A stretch of 64,000 nt of DNA from an uncultured Acidobacteriota bacterium (GTDB taxonomy: Bacteria; Acidobacteriota; Polarisedimenticolia; Polarisedimenticolales; JAIQFR01). Position numbers and translations under genes: made by a program. This document shows, in pieces, positions 36,242-44,557 of the stretch. The notes under the pieces are model-generated. The model was not told where the DNA came from and ran no database searches. It was given only the letters and a program-made list of their open reading frames with translations. The first letter of the stretch is position 1. Every line of letters starts with the position of its first letter. The stretch covers positions 9,095 through 73,094 of the forward strand of contig CALMJU010000070.1 in the NCBI GenBank assembly GCA_937864465.1. The letters run 5' to 3'.

Positions 36242-38290
36242 GTGAGCCGACCCTTTCCTCCGAGGCTGGCGACGGGCGGGTTCCTGGTTCTCCGCGGCCG
36301 CGGGATCTCGCCCGGAAGGGCCTGCGGACCGCTGCGGCGGAACGGTCCCGAGGTCGAGCCCGACCGGGTCTCGGGCGCCGTGCTCGTCGCCGAGCGCGCG
36401 GTCCCGGACGACGTCGCCAGGATCCTGGCCGCCGCGGGGACGCTGACCATCCAGGGCGCGCCGCTCTCCCACGTGGGGCTCCTCGCCCGGGAGTTCGGGA
36501 AGCCGTGCGTGGCGCTCGGCGCCGACCGCCTCGGACGTCTCGTCGCGGCGCCGGGGGGCGGGAGAGCGATTCTCGAGCTCACGGACGTCGTGGGCGCCGA
36601 GGGAATCGCGGTGCTGGAGGAGGACGACGTCGTCCTGATCGACGGGGGCACCGGGACGATTCTCGTCCCGGGGGCGCTCGACCGGGGCGCCCGGTCGGCC
36701 GTGCGGGAGGCCCTTCGCGACCTCGCCGCGCTCGGCGCCTCGCCCGCCGACGGGGAGGCGCTCGCGCGACTCGCCGGGGCATGCGCCGGCTCATTGCGGA
36801 TCGTCCTCCCCTTCACGCTCGAGGCGGCCTTCGAGTACGGCGCGCTCCCGGACCGGCGGGGGCGGTCGGCCCTCCTCGCGGCGCTCCGCGCGGAGGCGAG
36901 GCTCCGCGACGGGCTTCCTCCCCTCGTCGAGGACATGCGGGAACGGATCGCCGCGGAGCTTCGCTCCCTCGGCGACCGGGCGCTCCAGGCGGTGCGGGCC
37001 CACGAGGATCCGGTCTCGCTCGAGCGGGGGTTCGGAGGGTTCCGGGACACCGCGGCCCGCCTGCAGTCGCTCCTCGAGGATCTCGGGGACGAGACCGTCC
37101 GGGCGGCGTCCGTCCTCGAGCCGGCGCGCGCCGAGGCGGCGATCCGCAGGAGCCGCATGGTCGAGGCCGCGCACGCGGACGTCGAGGCCGCCCGTGGGCT
37201 CGAGGACCCGGCCTTCGTGCGGCGGATCGGAGAGATGTACGGGCTGGTCCGCAGGGCCAGGGCCCTCGGGATCGAAGCCGGAGCCGTCCTCGACGTCGAG
37301 GAGCGGCTCGCGCGCCTCGTGGCGCGCGAGCGCGAGCGGGCGGGCTCCCGCCTCGTCGTGCCGCTCGAGGAGGGGCTGCTCCTCGACCGGAGCATCGTCG
37401 GGGGCAAGGCCGCCGGTCTGGTGGAGGTCCGGGCCGCACTCCCGGAGGGGTGCCGGATCCCCGCCGGCTTCGTCGTCACGACCGCGGCGTACCGCGTGCA
37501 CGTCCTCGGCGAGCGAGGGGAGCGCCTGCGGCAGGCCCTCTCCGAGGGGCCCGACGAGGCCACCCTCTCGAGGCGCGCTCGCGCGATCCTCCTGGCGGGG
37601 GATCTCCCCGAAGGGCTTCCCCGGGACATCGTCCTCGCGCTCGATCGGCTCGGGGGCGCGAGGCTCGCCGTCCGGTCCTCCGCCACGGTCGAGGACGGCC
37701 CCGAGGGGAGCCTGGCCGGTCTGTGCGATTCCTGGCTGGGAGTCTCGGGGCCCCGGGACGTCCTCGATCGCGTGCGACGGTGCTGGGCGTCGCTCTGGAA
37801 CGCGCGCGTCCTGCGCGCGCTCGCGGCCTCCGGGGTCTCCCCCCTCGACGCCGCGCAGGCGGTCCTCGTGCAGGAGATGGTGCCCGTCCGCGCCGCGGGC
37901 GTCCTGTTCACCCGGGAGCCCGCGGGGAACCCGGGAACGATGCTCGTCAACGCCGCCTGGGGTCTCGGGGAAGCGATCTCCTCGGGAGAGATCGACGGAG
38001 ATCTGTTCTGGGTGCGGCGGGCCAGCGGCCAGGCGATCGCCACCGAGCGCGGGACCGCGTCGCGGCGGATCTCGCTCGACCCGGACCGGCCCGGCACGCG
38101 CGAGGAGCCGCTCTCCCCCGAGGCGGCGCGCAGCCTATGCCTCGACGAGGAGGACCTCGAGAGGCTCGCCGCCCTTGCGCGCGCCCTGGAGGCGGCGACC
38201 GGACGGGCCCAGGACGTGGAATTCGGCTTCGCGGAGGACGGCTCCCTCGTCGTCTTCCAGACTCGCCGCCTCGTAGCGCCGCCGCGCTGA
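36242..38290 (+). CDS. PEP-utiliser family dikinase-like protein: N-terminal phosphohistidine domain plus C-terminal ATP-grasp (PPDK_N)
   Basis: GAPLSHVGLLAREFGKPCV and IDGGTG (His domain). VGGKAAGL, IPAGFVVT, AVRSSATVEDG.EGSLAG, AVLVQEMV, AGVLFT, WGLGE, QDVEF and FQTR (nucleotide domain). Confidence 0.88.
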   Translation: MSRPFPPRLATGGFLVLRGRGISPGRACGPLRRNGPEVEPDRVSGAVLVAERAVPDDVARILAAAGTLTIQGAPLSHVGLLAREFGKPCVALGADRLGRLVAAPGGGRAILELTDVVGAEGIAVLEEDDVVLIDGGTGTILVPGALDRGARSAVREALRDLAALGASPADGEALARLAGACAGSLRIVLPFTLEAAFEYGALPDRRGRSALLAALRAEARLRDGLPPLVEDMRERIAAELRSLGDRALQAVRAHEDPVSLERGFGGFRDTAARLQSLLEDLGDETVRAASVLEPARAEAAIRRSRMVEAAHADVEAARGLEDPAFVRRIGEMYGLVRRARALGIEAGAVLDVEERLARLVARERERAGSRLVVPLEEGLLLDRSIVGGKAAGLVEVRAALPEGCRIPAGFVVTTAAYRVHVLGERGERLRQALSEGPDEATLSRRARAILLAGDLPEGLPRDIVLALDRLGGARLAVRSSATVEDGPEGSLAGLCDSWLGVSGPRDVLDRVRRCWASLWNARVLRALAASGVSPLDAAQAVLVQEMVPVRAAGVLFTREPAGNPGTMLVNAAWGLGEAISSGEIDGDLFWVRRASGQAIATERGTASRRISLDPDRPGTREEPLSPEAARSLCLDEEDLERLAALARALEAATGRAQDVEFGFAEDGSLVVFQTRRLVAPPR

Positions 38291-38384
38291 CGACGCCGCG
38301 GGCGCCGCCGCAACCGCGGGCGTCGCCCGCCGTATCTGCGCTAGGATGCCGGCGCCGGGGTCCCCGGCGCCGCGCGGCGCGCGG

Positions 38385-39665
38385 ATGCGGGAAGCGGAGA
38401 CGATGGCCATGCGACGGACGAGGGCGATCGCAGCGGCGATGGCGGCGGCGTGCGCGCTCTTCCCGGCGGGGGCCGGCGACCCCGCCGAGTCCGGAAGCTC
38501 CCTCGCCTTCGTCAAGCCTTTGCACCGCGGGCGGGTCGTCGGGGAGGTCGAGATCGAGCTTCGCGTCGTCCCCTCCCCGGGGCTCGCGGCGCGGCGGATC
38601 GACCTGACGGTGGACGGGAAGCCTTTGGCGACGCTCACGTCCCCCCCGTGGAAGACGGTGTGGGACTCCGGCGAGGCGCGCTCCGCGCACGAGATCGCCG
38701 CGGTCCTGCTCCTCTCGGACGGGAGCACGGTCCGCTCCTCCGTCCGCACGTCGCCGTTCCGGGTGGACTTCGTCGAGAACGTGGACCTCGTGAACCTGTA
38801 CGCGGTCGTGCGCGGCCCCTCGGGCGACTACGTCACCGGACTGGGTCGCGACGACTTCCGCCTGTTCGAGAACGGACGTCCCCAGGAGATCGACCGGTTC
38901 GGCACGGACTGGAAAGCGCTCCGCGTGGCCATCGTTCTCGACACGTCGCTCACCATGAAAGGAGAGAAGCTCGAGGCCGCGCGCGACGCCGCCCTCGGAT
39001 TCCTCGATCTCCTCGTCGAAGGGGACGAGGGCCTCGTCATCACGTTCAGCGACTCCGCCGTGGTCGCCCAGGACCTGACGAGGGACCCCGAGGCGCTGCG
39101 GGCGGCGATCGAGAACGTGCGGGCCGAGGGCGGAACGGCCCTCTACGACGCGATCTACAGGGCCTCGAACCTGCTCGGGCAGTTCGAAGGACGGCGCGTC
39201 ATGGTGCTCCTGTCGGACGGAAGGGACGAGGCGGCGAACGGGCTCGAGCCCGGCAGCCTCCACACCCTCGAGGAGTCCCTCGACCGGGCGCTGCGGAACG
39301 AGGTGATGATCTTCGCCATCGGCTTCGGGAGGCGCCTGGAGCACACGCCGGACTTCTACGGGAGGGAGTCGCTGGCGTCCATCCTGACGAAGCTCGGCGA
39401 GGCGACCGGAGGGAGGGTCCTCTTCTCCGTCCGCCCCGGGCAGCTCCGCAAGGCGTTCGAGGACGTGGCGCAGGACCTGCGCCACCAGTACTCGCTCGCC
39501 TACGTCTCCGACGACCGGCGACGCGACGGCACCTGGCGAGAGATCCGCCTGTCGGCGACGAGGCCCGGCCTCAAGGTCACGACTCGCCGCGGCTACTTCG
39601 CCCCGGGCGGCGAGGCATCGGCACGGCCGTCGAAAAGGCGGCCCGCCCCCGGCGAATCCAGGTGA
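38385..39665 (+). CDS. Exported VWA-domain protein with N-terminal Ig-like domain
   Basis: MIDAS motifs LDTSLTM, GGTALYDA and LLSDG, with ATGGR and QYSLAY. Start uncertain (38346-38409). Confidence 0.88.
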   Translation: MREAETMAMRRTRAIAAAMAAACALFPAGAGDPAESGSSLAFVKPLHRGRVVGEVEIELRVVPSPGLAARRIDLTVDGKPLATLTSPPWKTVWDSGEARSAHEIAAVLLLSDGSTVRSSVRTSPFRVDFVENVDLVNLYAVVRGPSGDYVTGLGRDDFRLFENGRPQEIDRFGTDWKALRVAIVLDTSLTMKGEKLEAARDAALGFLDLLVEGDEGLVITFSDSAVVAQDLTRDPEALRAAIENVRAEGGTALYDAIYRASNLLGQFEGRRVMVLLSDGRDEAANGLEPGSLHTLEESLDRALRNEVMIFAIGFGRRLEHTPDFYGRESLASILTKLGEATGGRVLFSVRPGQLRKAFEDVAQDLRHQYSLAYVSDDRRRDGTWREIRLSATRPGLKVTTRRGYFAPGGEASARPSKRRPAPGESR

Positions 39666-39909
39666 GGTTCCGAATGTAGACGCCCAGGCCCGCCGCCTGC
39701 CCCAGTGTGAACACCGGGTCGCGGCGGTATGCGGCGTAGGCCAGGAGCAGGAGCCCGCCCGCGACCGAGAGCCACCAGAACGCGGCCGGCACGTAGCTCT
39801 CGCGCCTCCTCTCGGAAGCGACCCACTGGACGAAGAACCTCGCCGAGAACACCGCCTGCCCGAGGAAGCCGACGGCGAGCCATCCGGACGGGATCGCGCT
39901 AGGGATCAT
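39577..39909 (-). CDS. Lipid A biosynthesis N-terminal domain (LAB_N) membrane protein
   Basis: GFLGQAVFSARFFVQWVASE...SYVPAAFWWLS...RDPVFTLGQ...YIRNL. Confidence 0.88.
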   Translation of the reverse strand: MIPSAIPSGWLAVGFLGQAVFSARFFVQWVASERRRESYVPAAFWWLSVAGGLLLLAYAAYRRDPVFTLGQAAGLGVYIRNLTWIRRGRAAFSTAVPMPRRPGRSSRGES

Positions 39910-40627
39910 GTCGGACCACCTCGTACCCGAGCCGGCGCTTCTTCATCCAGCGAACCGCGAGCAGGTCCGCGAACGAGCGGAACACCCGGTTCCACACGCC
40001 GTACTTGCTCCGCCCCGCGCGCCGACGACGATGGCTCACCGGGACCTGGACGACGCGGTAGCCGTCGATCCGGAGCAGGGTCGGAAGGAAGCGGTGCATT
40101 CCGGTGTAGAGCTTGAGCCCCTGGAGGCACTCCAGGCGGAACGCCTTGAGCGAGCACCCGGTGTCGATGATGTCATCGCCCGACAGGCGGTTGCGCACCG
40201 TGTTCGCGATCACGGAGGACACGCGCCGGATCCAGGTGTCGTGCCGCTCCTTCCGGTACCCGACCGCGGCGTCCGCGTCCCGGAGCGCCTCGAGGAGGAG
40301 CGGAACGTCTCGCGGATCGTTCTGGAGGTCCGCGTCCATCGTGACGACGATCCGGCCGCGCGCCGCCTTGAAGCCGGCGTCGAACGCCGCCGACTGTCCC
40401 CGGTTCTCCCGGAAGTGGAGGCCGCGCACGCCGGGCCGGGACCTCGCGAGCGCGGAGATCGTCTCGCCCGACCCGTCGCGGCTCCCGTCGTCGACGAGCA
40501 CGATCTCGCAATCGAGTCCGAGCGGACCGAGGACCTCCCCGATCTCGTCGACGAGCGGCTCGAGATTCTCCCGCTCCTCGAAGACCGGGACGACCACGGT
40601 CAGATCCGGCCCAGTCCCGTCGGTCAC
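39899..40627 (-). CDS. GT2 glycosyltransferase (polyprenyl-phosphate sugar synthase, DPM/ArnC-like)
   Basis: VVPVFEE, VDDGSRD, GQSAA, MDADLQNDP, DTGCSLK, MHRFLP and RAGRSKYG. Confidence 0.92.
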   Translation of the reverse strand: MTDGTGPDLTVVVPVFEERENLEPLVDEIGEVLGPLGLDCEIVLVDDGSRDGSGETISALARSRPGVRGLHFRENRGQSAAFDAGFKAARGRIVVTMDADLQNDPRDVPLLLEALRDADAAVGYRKERHDTWIRRVSSVIANTVRNRLSGDDIIDTGCSLKAFRLECLQGLKLYTGMHRFLPTLLRIDGYRVVQVPVSHRRRRAGRSKYGVWNRVFRSFADLLAVRWMKKRRLGYEVVRHDP

Positions 40628-40640
40628 GGCTCGCCTCCCC

Positions 40641-41354
40641 TCATCGCCCCGCGCGCCCCTTCCGGTTGAACGGCCACAGCGCCCGGACCCGCCGGAAGCG
40701 CCGCAGGAACGCCTCCTCGCCCGGCGTGAGCCTTCCCGGCGTGAGGAGCTGCTTCCACTTCAGATAGGCCGCCTCGTCCGCGATCGCGAGCAGCCGGAAG
40801 AGCAGCCGGTGCAGGATGCCGCCGGGCCTGAGGCGCACGGCCCCCGCGAGGTCGAGCACGACCACCTCGCCGTCCGGCCGGACGAGCAGGTTCTCGCGGC
40901 CCCGCAGATCGTTGTGCACGACCCCGGCCGCGTGCAGCCGGTCGATGAGGTCGCGGAGGCCGCCGAGGCGGTCCTCGCCGTGCTCCCGGGGATTCGCGAG
41001 GAACGCGACGCGCTCCCCGTCTATGTGCTCGATCGCCAGCGCCAGTCCGTCCACCCGCCCGATGAGGGCGGGGATCCCGCACATCCGCCCGAGCCACCGG
41101 TACGCCCGGACCTCGCGCGCGATCTGGATCCGGCCGAGGAGCCGCACCCACCACGCCTTCCGCGCGAAGTCCTTCACGACCATCGGGCCGTCGCCGAGGT
41201 CCACGAGGAGGACATCGGCCTTATCCGGCTCTCCCGGCTGGAGGACCGCGAGGGTCGCCGCCGTCAGCTCCTGGCGTGTCGGGGCCCGTCCCGGCAGTCG
41301 CCGCGCGTTGTCGGGCGCCGCGCCCGATGGTATGGTGGGCTCTCGGGAGCTCAT
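40641..41354 (-). CDS. Protein-kinase-like fold enzyme (RIO/Kdo-WaaP-like)
   Basis: VVKDF, RE, HNDLRGRENLL and VLDLA. Start uncertain (41354 or 41372). Confidence 0.8.
   Translation of the reverse strand: MSSREPTIPSGAAPDNARRLPGRAPTRQELTAATLAVLQPGEPDKADVLLVDLGDGPMVVKDFARKAWWVRLLGRIQIAREVRAYRWLGRMCGIPALIGRVDGLALAIEHIDGERVAFLANPREHGEDRLGGLRDLIDRLHAAGVVHNDLRGRENLLVRPDGEVVVLDLAGAVRLRPGGILHRLLFRLLAIADEAAYLKWKQLLTPGRLTPGEEAFLRRFRRVRALWPFNRKGRAGR
41308..41336 (+). promoter_or_regulatory. Putative sigma-70 promoter TTGTCG-N17-TATGGT (extended TG) inside the 5' end of the minus-strand kinase gene
   Basis: Correct 17-nt spacing, pointing at the plus-strand kinase gene. Confidence 0.45.
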
Positions 41355-41389
41355 GAGCAGATGGAACCCCAACCCTCTCAGCGACTTCC

Positions 41390-42115
41390 GTGACCTCGGG
41401 CCGACGAGAGTCTAGCACGGGGAGGCCCGGCCCGGTCGATCTTCGCCGGCTGCGGGACGCGGCCCCCACATCGCGGCGGATCGGCCGCAACGTGACGAAG
41501 GCCGACCTGGTGCGTTACCGGATCGACGGCCTGGACCTCGCCGTCAAGGACTACCGGCCCCGTCCCTTTCTCGTCCGGAACCTCCTCGGCCGGCTCGCGC
41601 TCCGGCGGGAGGCGGCCGCGTACCGCGCCGCGGCCGGGATCCCCGGCCTCGCCGAGTTCCACGGCCGGCCGGACCCGTTCTCGATCGTGCTCTGCTGGAT
41701 CTCCGGGACGCCGCTGTCCGAGATGCCGGCGGCCCCTGCCGTCCTCGGGGGCGTGTTCGATCGTCTCGACGAGATCGTCGCGGGGCTCCACGAGCGGGGG
41801 ATCGCGATCGGGGATCTCCACCACCGCGACGTGCTCGTCTCGGACGACGGAGCCGTGCACGTCGTCGATCTCGCCACGTCCGTCGTCCTCGGAGACTCGC
41901 CGGGGATCCTGCGGCGGGCTCTCTTCGAGAGGCTCCGAGACCAGGACCGGATCGCGCTCGCGAGGATGAGGGCTCGCCACACGGGCGGGGACGAGGACGC
42001 CGCGATCGCCGCCGCGGGGCCGAGGGCCGCCGCGCGGTACTCGCGCTGGCGGAGGCTCCGCCGGATCTGGGACGCCGTGCGGGGCAGGAGCCGCGAGAGG
42101 GGGAGCCGGCCGTGA
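41390..42115 (+). CDS. Protein-kinase-like fold enzyme, paralog of the divergent neighbour
   Basis: KADL, AVKDY, RE, IGDLHHRDVLV and VVDLA. Confidence 0.78.
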   Translation: MTSGRRESSTGRPGPVDLRRLRDAAPTSRRIGRNVTKADLVRYRIDGLDLAVKDYRPRPFLVRNLLGRLALRREAAAYRAAAGIPGLAEFHGRPDPFSIVLCWISGTPLSEMPAAPAVLGGVFDRLDEIVAGLHERGIAIGDLHHRDVLVSDDGAVHVVDLATSVVLGDSPGILRRALFERLRDQDRIALARMRARHTGGDEDAAIAAAGPRAAARYSRWRRLRRIWDAVRGRSRERGSRP

Positions 42116-43872
42116 CGGGCCGGTCCGTCCCCGAGAGCGAGCGGGGGGCGAGGGCCCGCACGGCCCTCCGCGGCGCCGCGATCGCGCTCGTCGCCGCCGC
42201 CGCGCTCGCGGCGTACGCCCCGTCGCTGACCGGCGGGTTCCTGTGGGACGACGACTTCTACGTGACCGGCAACCGCGCGCTCGAGAGCCTCTCGGGGCTG
42301 CGCCGGATCTGGACCGACCCTGCCGCGACGCCGCAGTACTACCCGATGACGCACACGACCTTCTGGGTCGAGAGGAGGCTCTTCGGCCTCGACCCGACCG
42401 GCTACAGGGTCGTCAACCTGGCGCTCCACCTGGCGGGAGCCTGGCTCTTCCTCCGGATCCTGGAGCGCCTGCGGGTCCCGGGGGCTCCGCTCGCCGCCGC
42501 GGTCTTCGCCCTCCATCCGGTGCACGTCGAGTCGGTCGCGTGGATCACGGAGCGGAAGAACGTCCTGTCGGGCGCCCTGGCCCTGGCCTCCCTCGCGGTC
42601 TTCCTCCCGCCGGCGCTCGACGGCAAGGGGTGGCGCGGGCGCCGCGCCGCCGCGGGAGCCCTCGCGGCCCTGCTCTTCGCCGGCGCGGTCCTCAGCAAGA
42701 CCGTCGTGGCGACGCTCCCGATCGTCGCGGCCCTCCTGCTCGTCTGGAAGCGCGGGAAACCGCCGGGGCGCGCCGAGACCCTCGCTCTCGCCGCGGCCGC
42801 GGCGGCGGGGGCCGCGCTCGGCCTCCTCACCGTGCACCTCGAGCAGAGCCAGATCGGGGCCGTCGGCGCGGAGTGGTCGCTCGGCCTCCTCGACCGCGTC
42901 GCGCTCGCCGGGCGGGTCCTCTGGTTCTATCTCGGGAAGCTCGCGTGGCCGGCGGGGCTCTGCTTCGTGTACCCGCGGTGGGACGTCGACGCCGGCCGGC
43001 CGTCGGACTGGATCGCGCCCGTCCTGGTGGTCGCGGCGATCGCCGTTCTTTTCGCCTTCCGGCGCAAGACGGGCAACGGCCCCCTCGTCGCGGCCGCGGC
43101 GTACGGCATCCTGCTCTTCCCGGCCCTCGGCTTCTTCAACGTCTACCCGATGCGGTACTCCTGGGTCGCGGACCACTTCCAGTACCACGCCAGCCTCCCC
43201 GCCCTGGCGCTCGCCTGCGCCGCCTGCGCCACGGGCGCGGCGCGGCTCCGGGGGACCGCCGCCCGTCGAGGTCTCACGGCCGCGGCGGTCGCGGTCGTCG
43301 CGGCCCTCGCGGCCGCGAGCTGGTCCCGCGCGCACGCCTTCGCCGATCTGGAGACGCTCTGGCGGGACACCCTCGCGCGGAATCCCTCGGCGTGGATGGC
43401 CCACAACAACCTCGGCGGGCTGCTCGCGATGTCCGGGCGCGAGGAGGAGGCGATCCCCCATGTCCGCGAGGCGATCCGCCTGAAGCCCGACCACGCCGGG
43501 GCCCACGACAACCTCGGTCGCCTCCTCGCGAGAAGCGGGCAGCTCGAGGAGGCGATCGCCCACCTGCGGGAGGCGGTCCGCCTGGACCCGGGCGCCGCCG
43601 GGCCGCGCTTCGCGCTCGCCCGCGCCCTCGAGCGCGAGGGGCGCTCCGAGGAGGCGATCGCGTGCTACCTCGAGGGGCTCTCCCTCTCCCCCCGGGATGC
43701 CGACGCCCAGTACGACCTGGGAACCCTCCTCGCCCGGAGCGGACGGCTCGAAGAGGCCTTGCCCCACCTGGAGGCGGCGCTCCGGATGCGGCCGGACTTC
43801 GAGAAGGCCCGCCGCAACCTCGCGCTCGCGAGAAAGCTCCTGCGCGACCGCGAGGCCGGGCGCGCCCCCTGA
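42112..43872 (+). CDS. TMTC-like GT-C membrane glycosyltransferase with TPR repeats
   Basis: GGFLWDDDFYV, YYP, FALHPVHVESVAWITERKNVL, LSK, VADHFQY, LWRDT and AHNNLG TPRs. Confidence 0.85.
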   Translation: MTGRSVPESERGARARTALRGAAIALVAAAALAAYAPSLTGGFLWDDDFYVTGNRALESLSGLRRIWTDPAATPQYYPMTHTTFWVERRLFGLDPTGYRVVNLALHLAGAWLFLRILERLRVPGAPLAAAVFALHPVHVESVAWITERKNVLSGALALASLAVFLPPALDGKGWRGRRAAAGALAALLFAGAVLSKTVVATLPIVAALLLVWKRGKPPGRAETLALAAAAAAGAALGLLTVHLEQSQIGAVGAEWSLGLLDRVALAGRVLWFYLGKLAWPAGLCFVYPRWDVDAGRPSDWIAPVLVVAAIAVLFAFRRKTGNGPLVAAAAYGILLFPALGFFNVYPMRYSWVADHFQYHASLPALALACAACATGAARLRGTAARRGLTAAAVAVVAALAAASWSRAHAFADLETLWRDTLARNPSAWMAHNNLGGLLAMSGREEEAIPHVREAIRLKPDHAGAHDNLGRLLARSGQLEEAIAHLREAVRLDPGAAGPRFALARALEREGRSEEAIACYLEGLSLSPRDADAQYDLGTLLARSGRLEEALPHLEAALRMRPDFEKARRNLALARKLLRDREAGRAP

Positions 43873-43927
43873 CGGTGGGACTCCCCCCGCTTCTTGCGGT
43901 ATGCTCCCGGGCCACGGGGAGGGGCAC

Positions 43928-44548
43928 GTGAGGGACAGGCGGTACAACAAGACCCTGGCGATCGTCCGGCTCCTGCTGCTGTACGTCTTCGTCGCGGCGC
44001 TCCTCGCGACGGCGAGGCCCACCCCTCTCGGGGTCACGATCGGGTTCGTGATCGCGGCCCTGGGCGAGGCGGTCCGCGTCTGGGCGGCGGGGCATCTCCT
44101 GAAGACCGAGGAGCTGGTGACGTCGGGGCCCTACCGCTTCACGAGGAACCCTCTCTACCTCGGGAGGCTGCTGATCTTCACGGGGCTCTGTCTCATGGCC
44201 TGGCTCCCCTACGGCGGTAGCCTCGTCGTCCTCGCGGGGGGGTACGCCGTGTTCTTCGGCTACTACCTCCCGCGCAAGGAGAGGGTGGAGCCGGCGCGCC
44301 TCCGGGAGCGGCACGGCGAGGCGTTCGAGCGGTACCGGGAGGCGGTTCCGGCGCTGTTCCCGACCGTCCACCCCTACCCGGAAACCGCAAAGTCCGGCTG
44401 GTCCTCCGACCGCATGTTCCGGAACCGCGAGCACTGGATGGTCGTGGGGATCGTGATGCTCTCGCTGTTCCTCCTCTGGCGCGCCTACCAGCCGGCTCGC
44501 CAGGAGCCTCCGCCCGAGCCGCCCGCCCAGGCGGCCGAGGCGCCGTAG
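43928..44548 (+). CDS. Isoprenylcysteine/phospholipid methyltransferase (ICMT/PEMT) family membrane protein
   Basis: RVWAAGHL, LVTSGPYRFTRNPLYLG and YREAVP. Confidence 0.85.
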   Translation: MRDRRYNKTLAIVRLLLLYVFVAALLATARPTPLGVTIGFVIAALGEAVRVWAAGHLLKTEELVTSGPYRFTRNPLYLGRLLIFTGLCLMAWLPYGGSLVVLAGGYAVFFGYYLPRKERVEPARLRERHGEAFERYREAVPALFPTVHPYPETAKSGWSSDRMFRNREHWMVVGIVMLSLFLLWRAYQPARQEPPPEPPAQAAEAP

Positions 44549-44557
44549 GACACCGGC

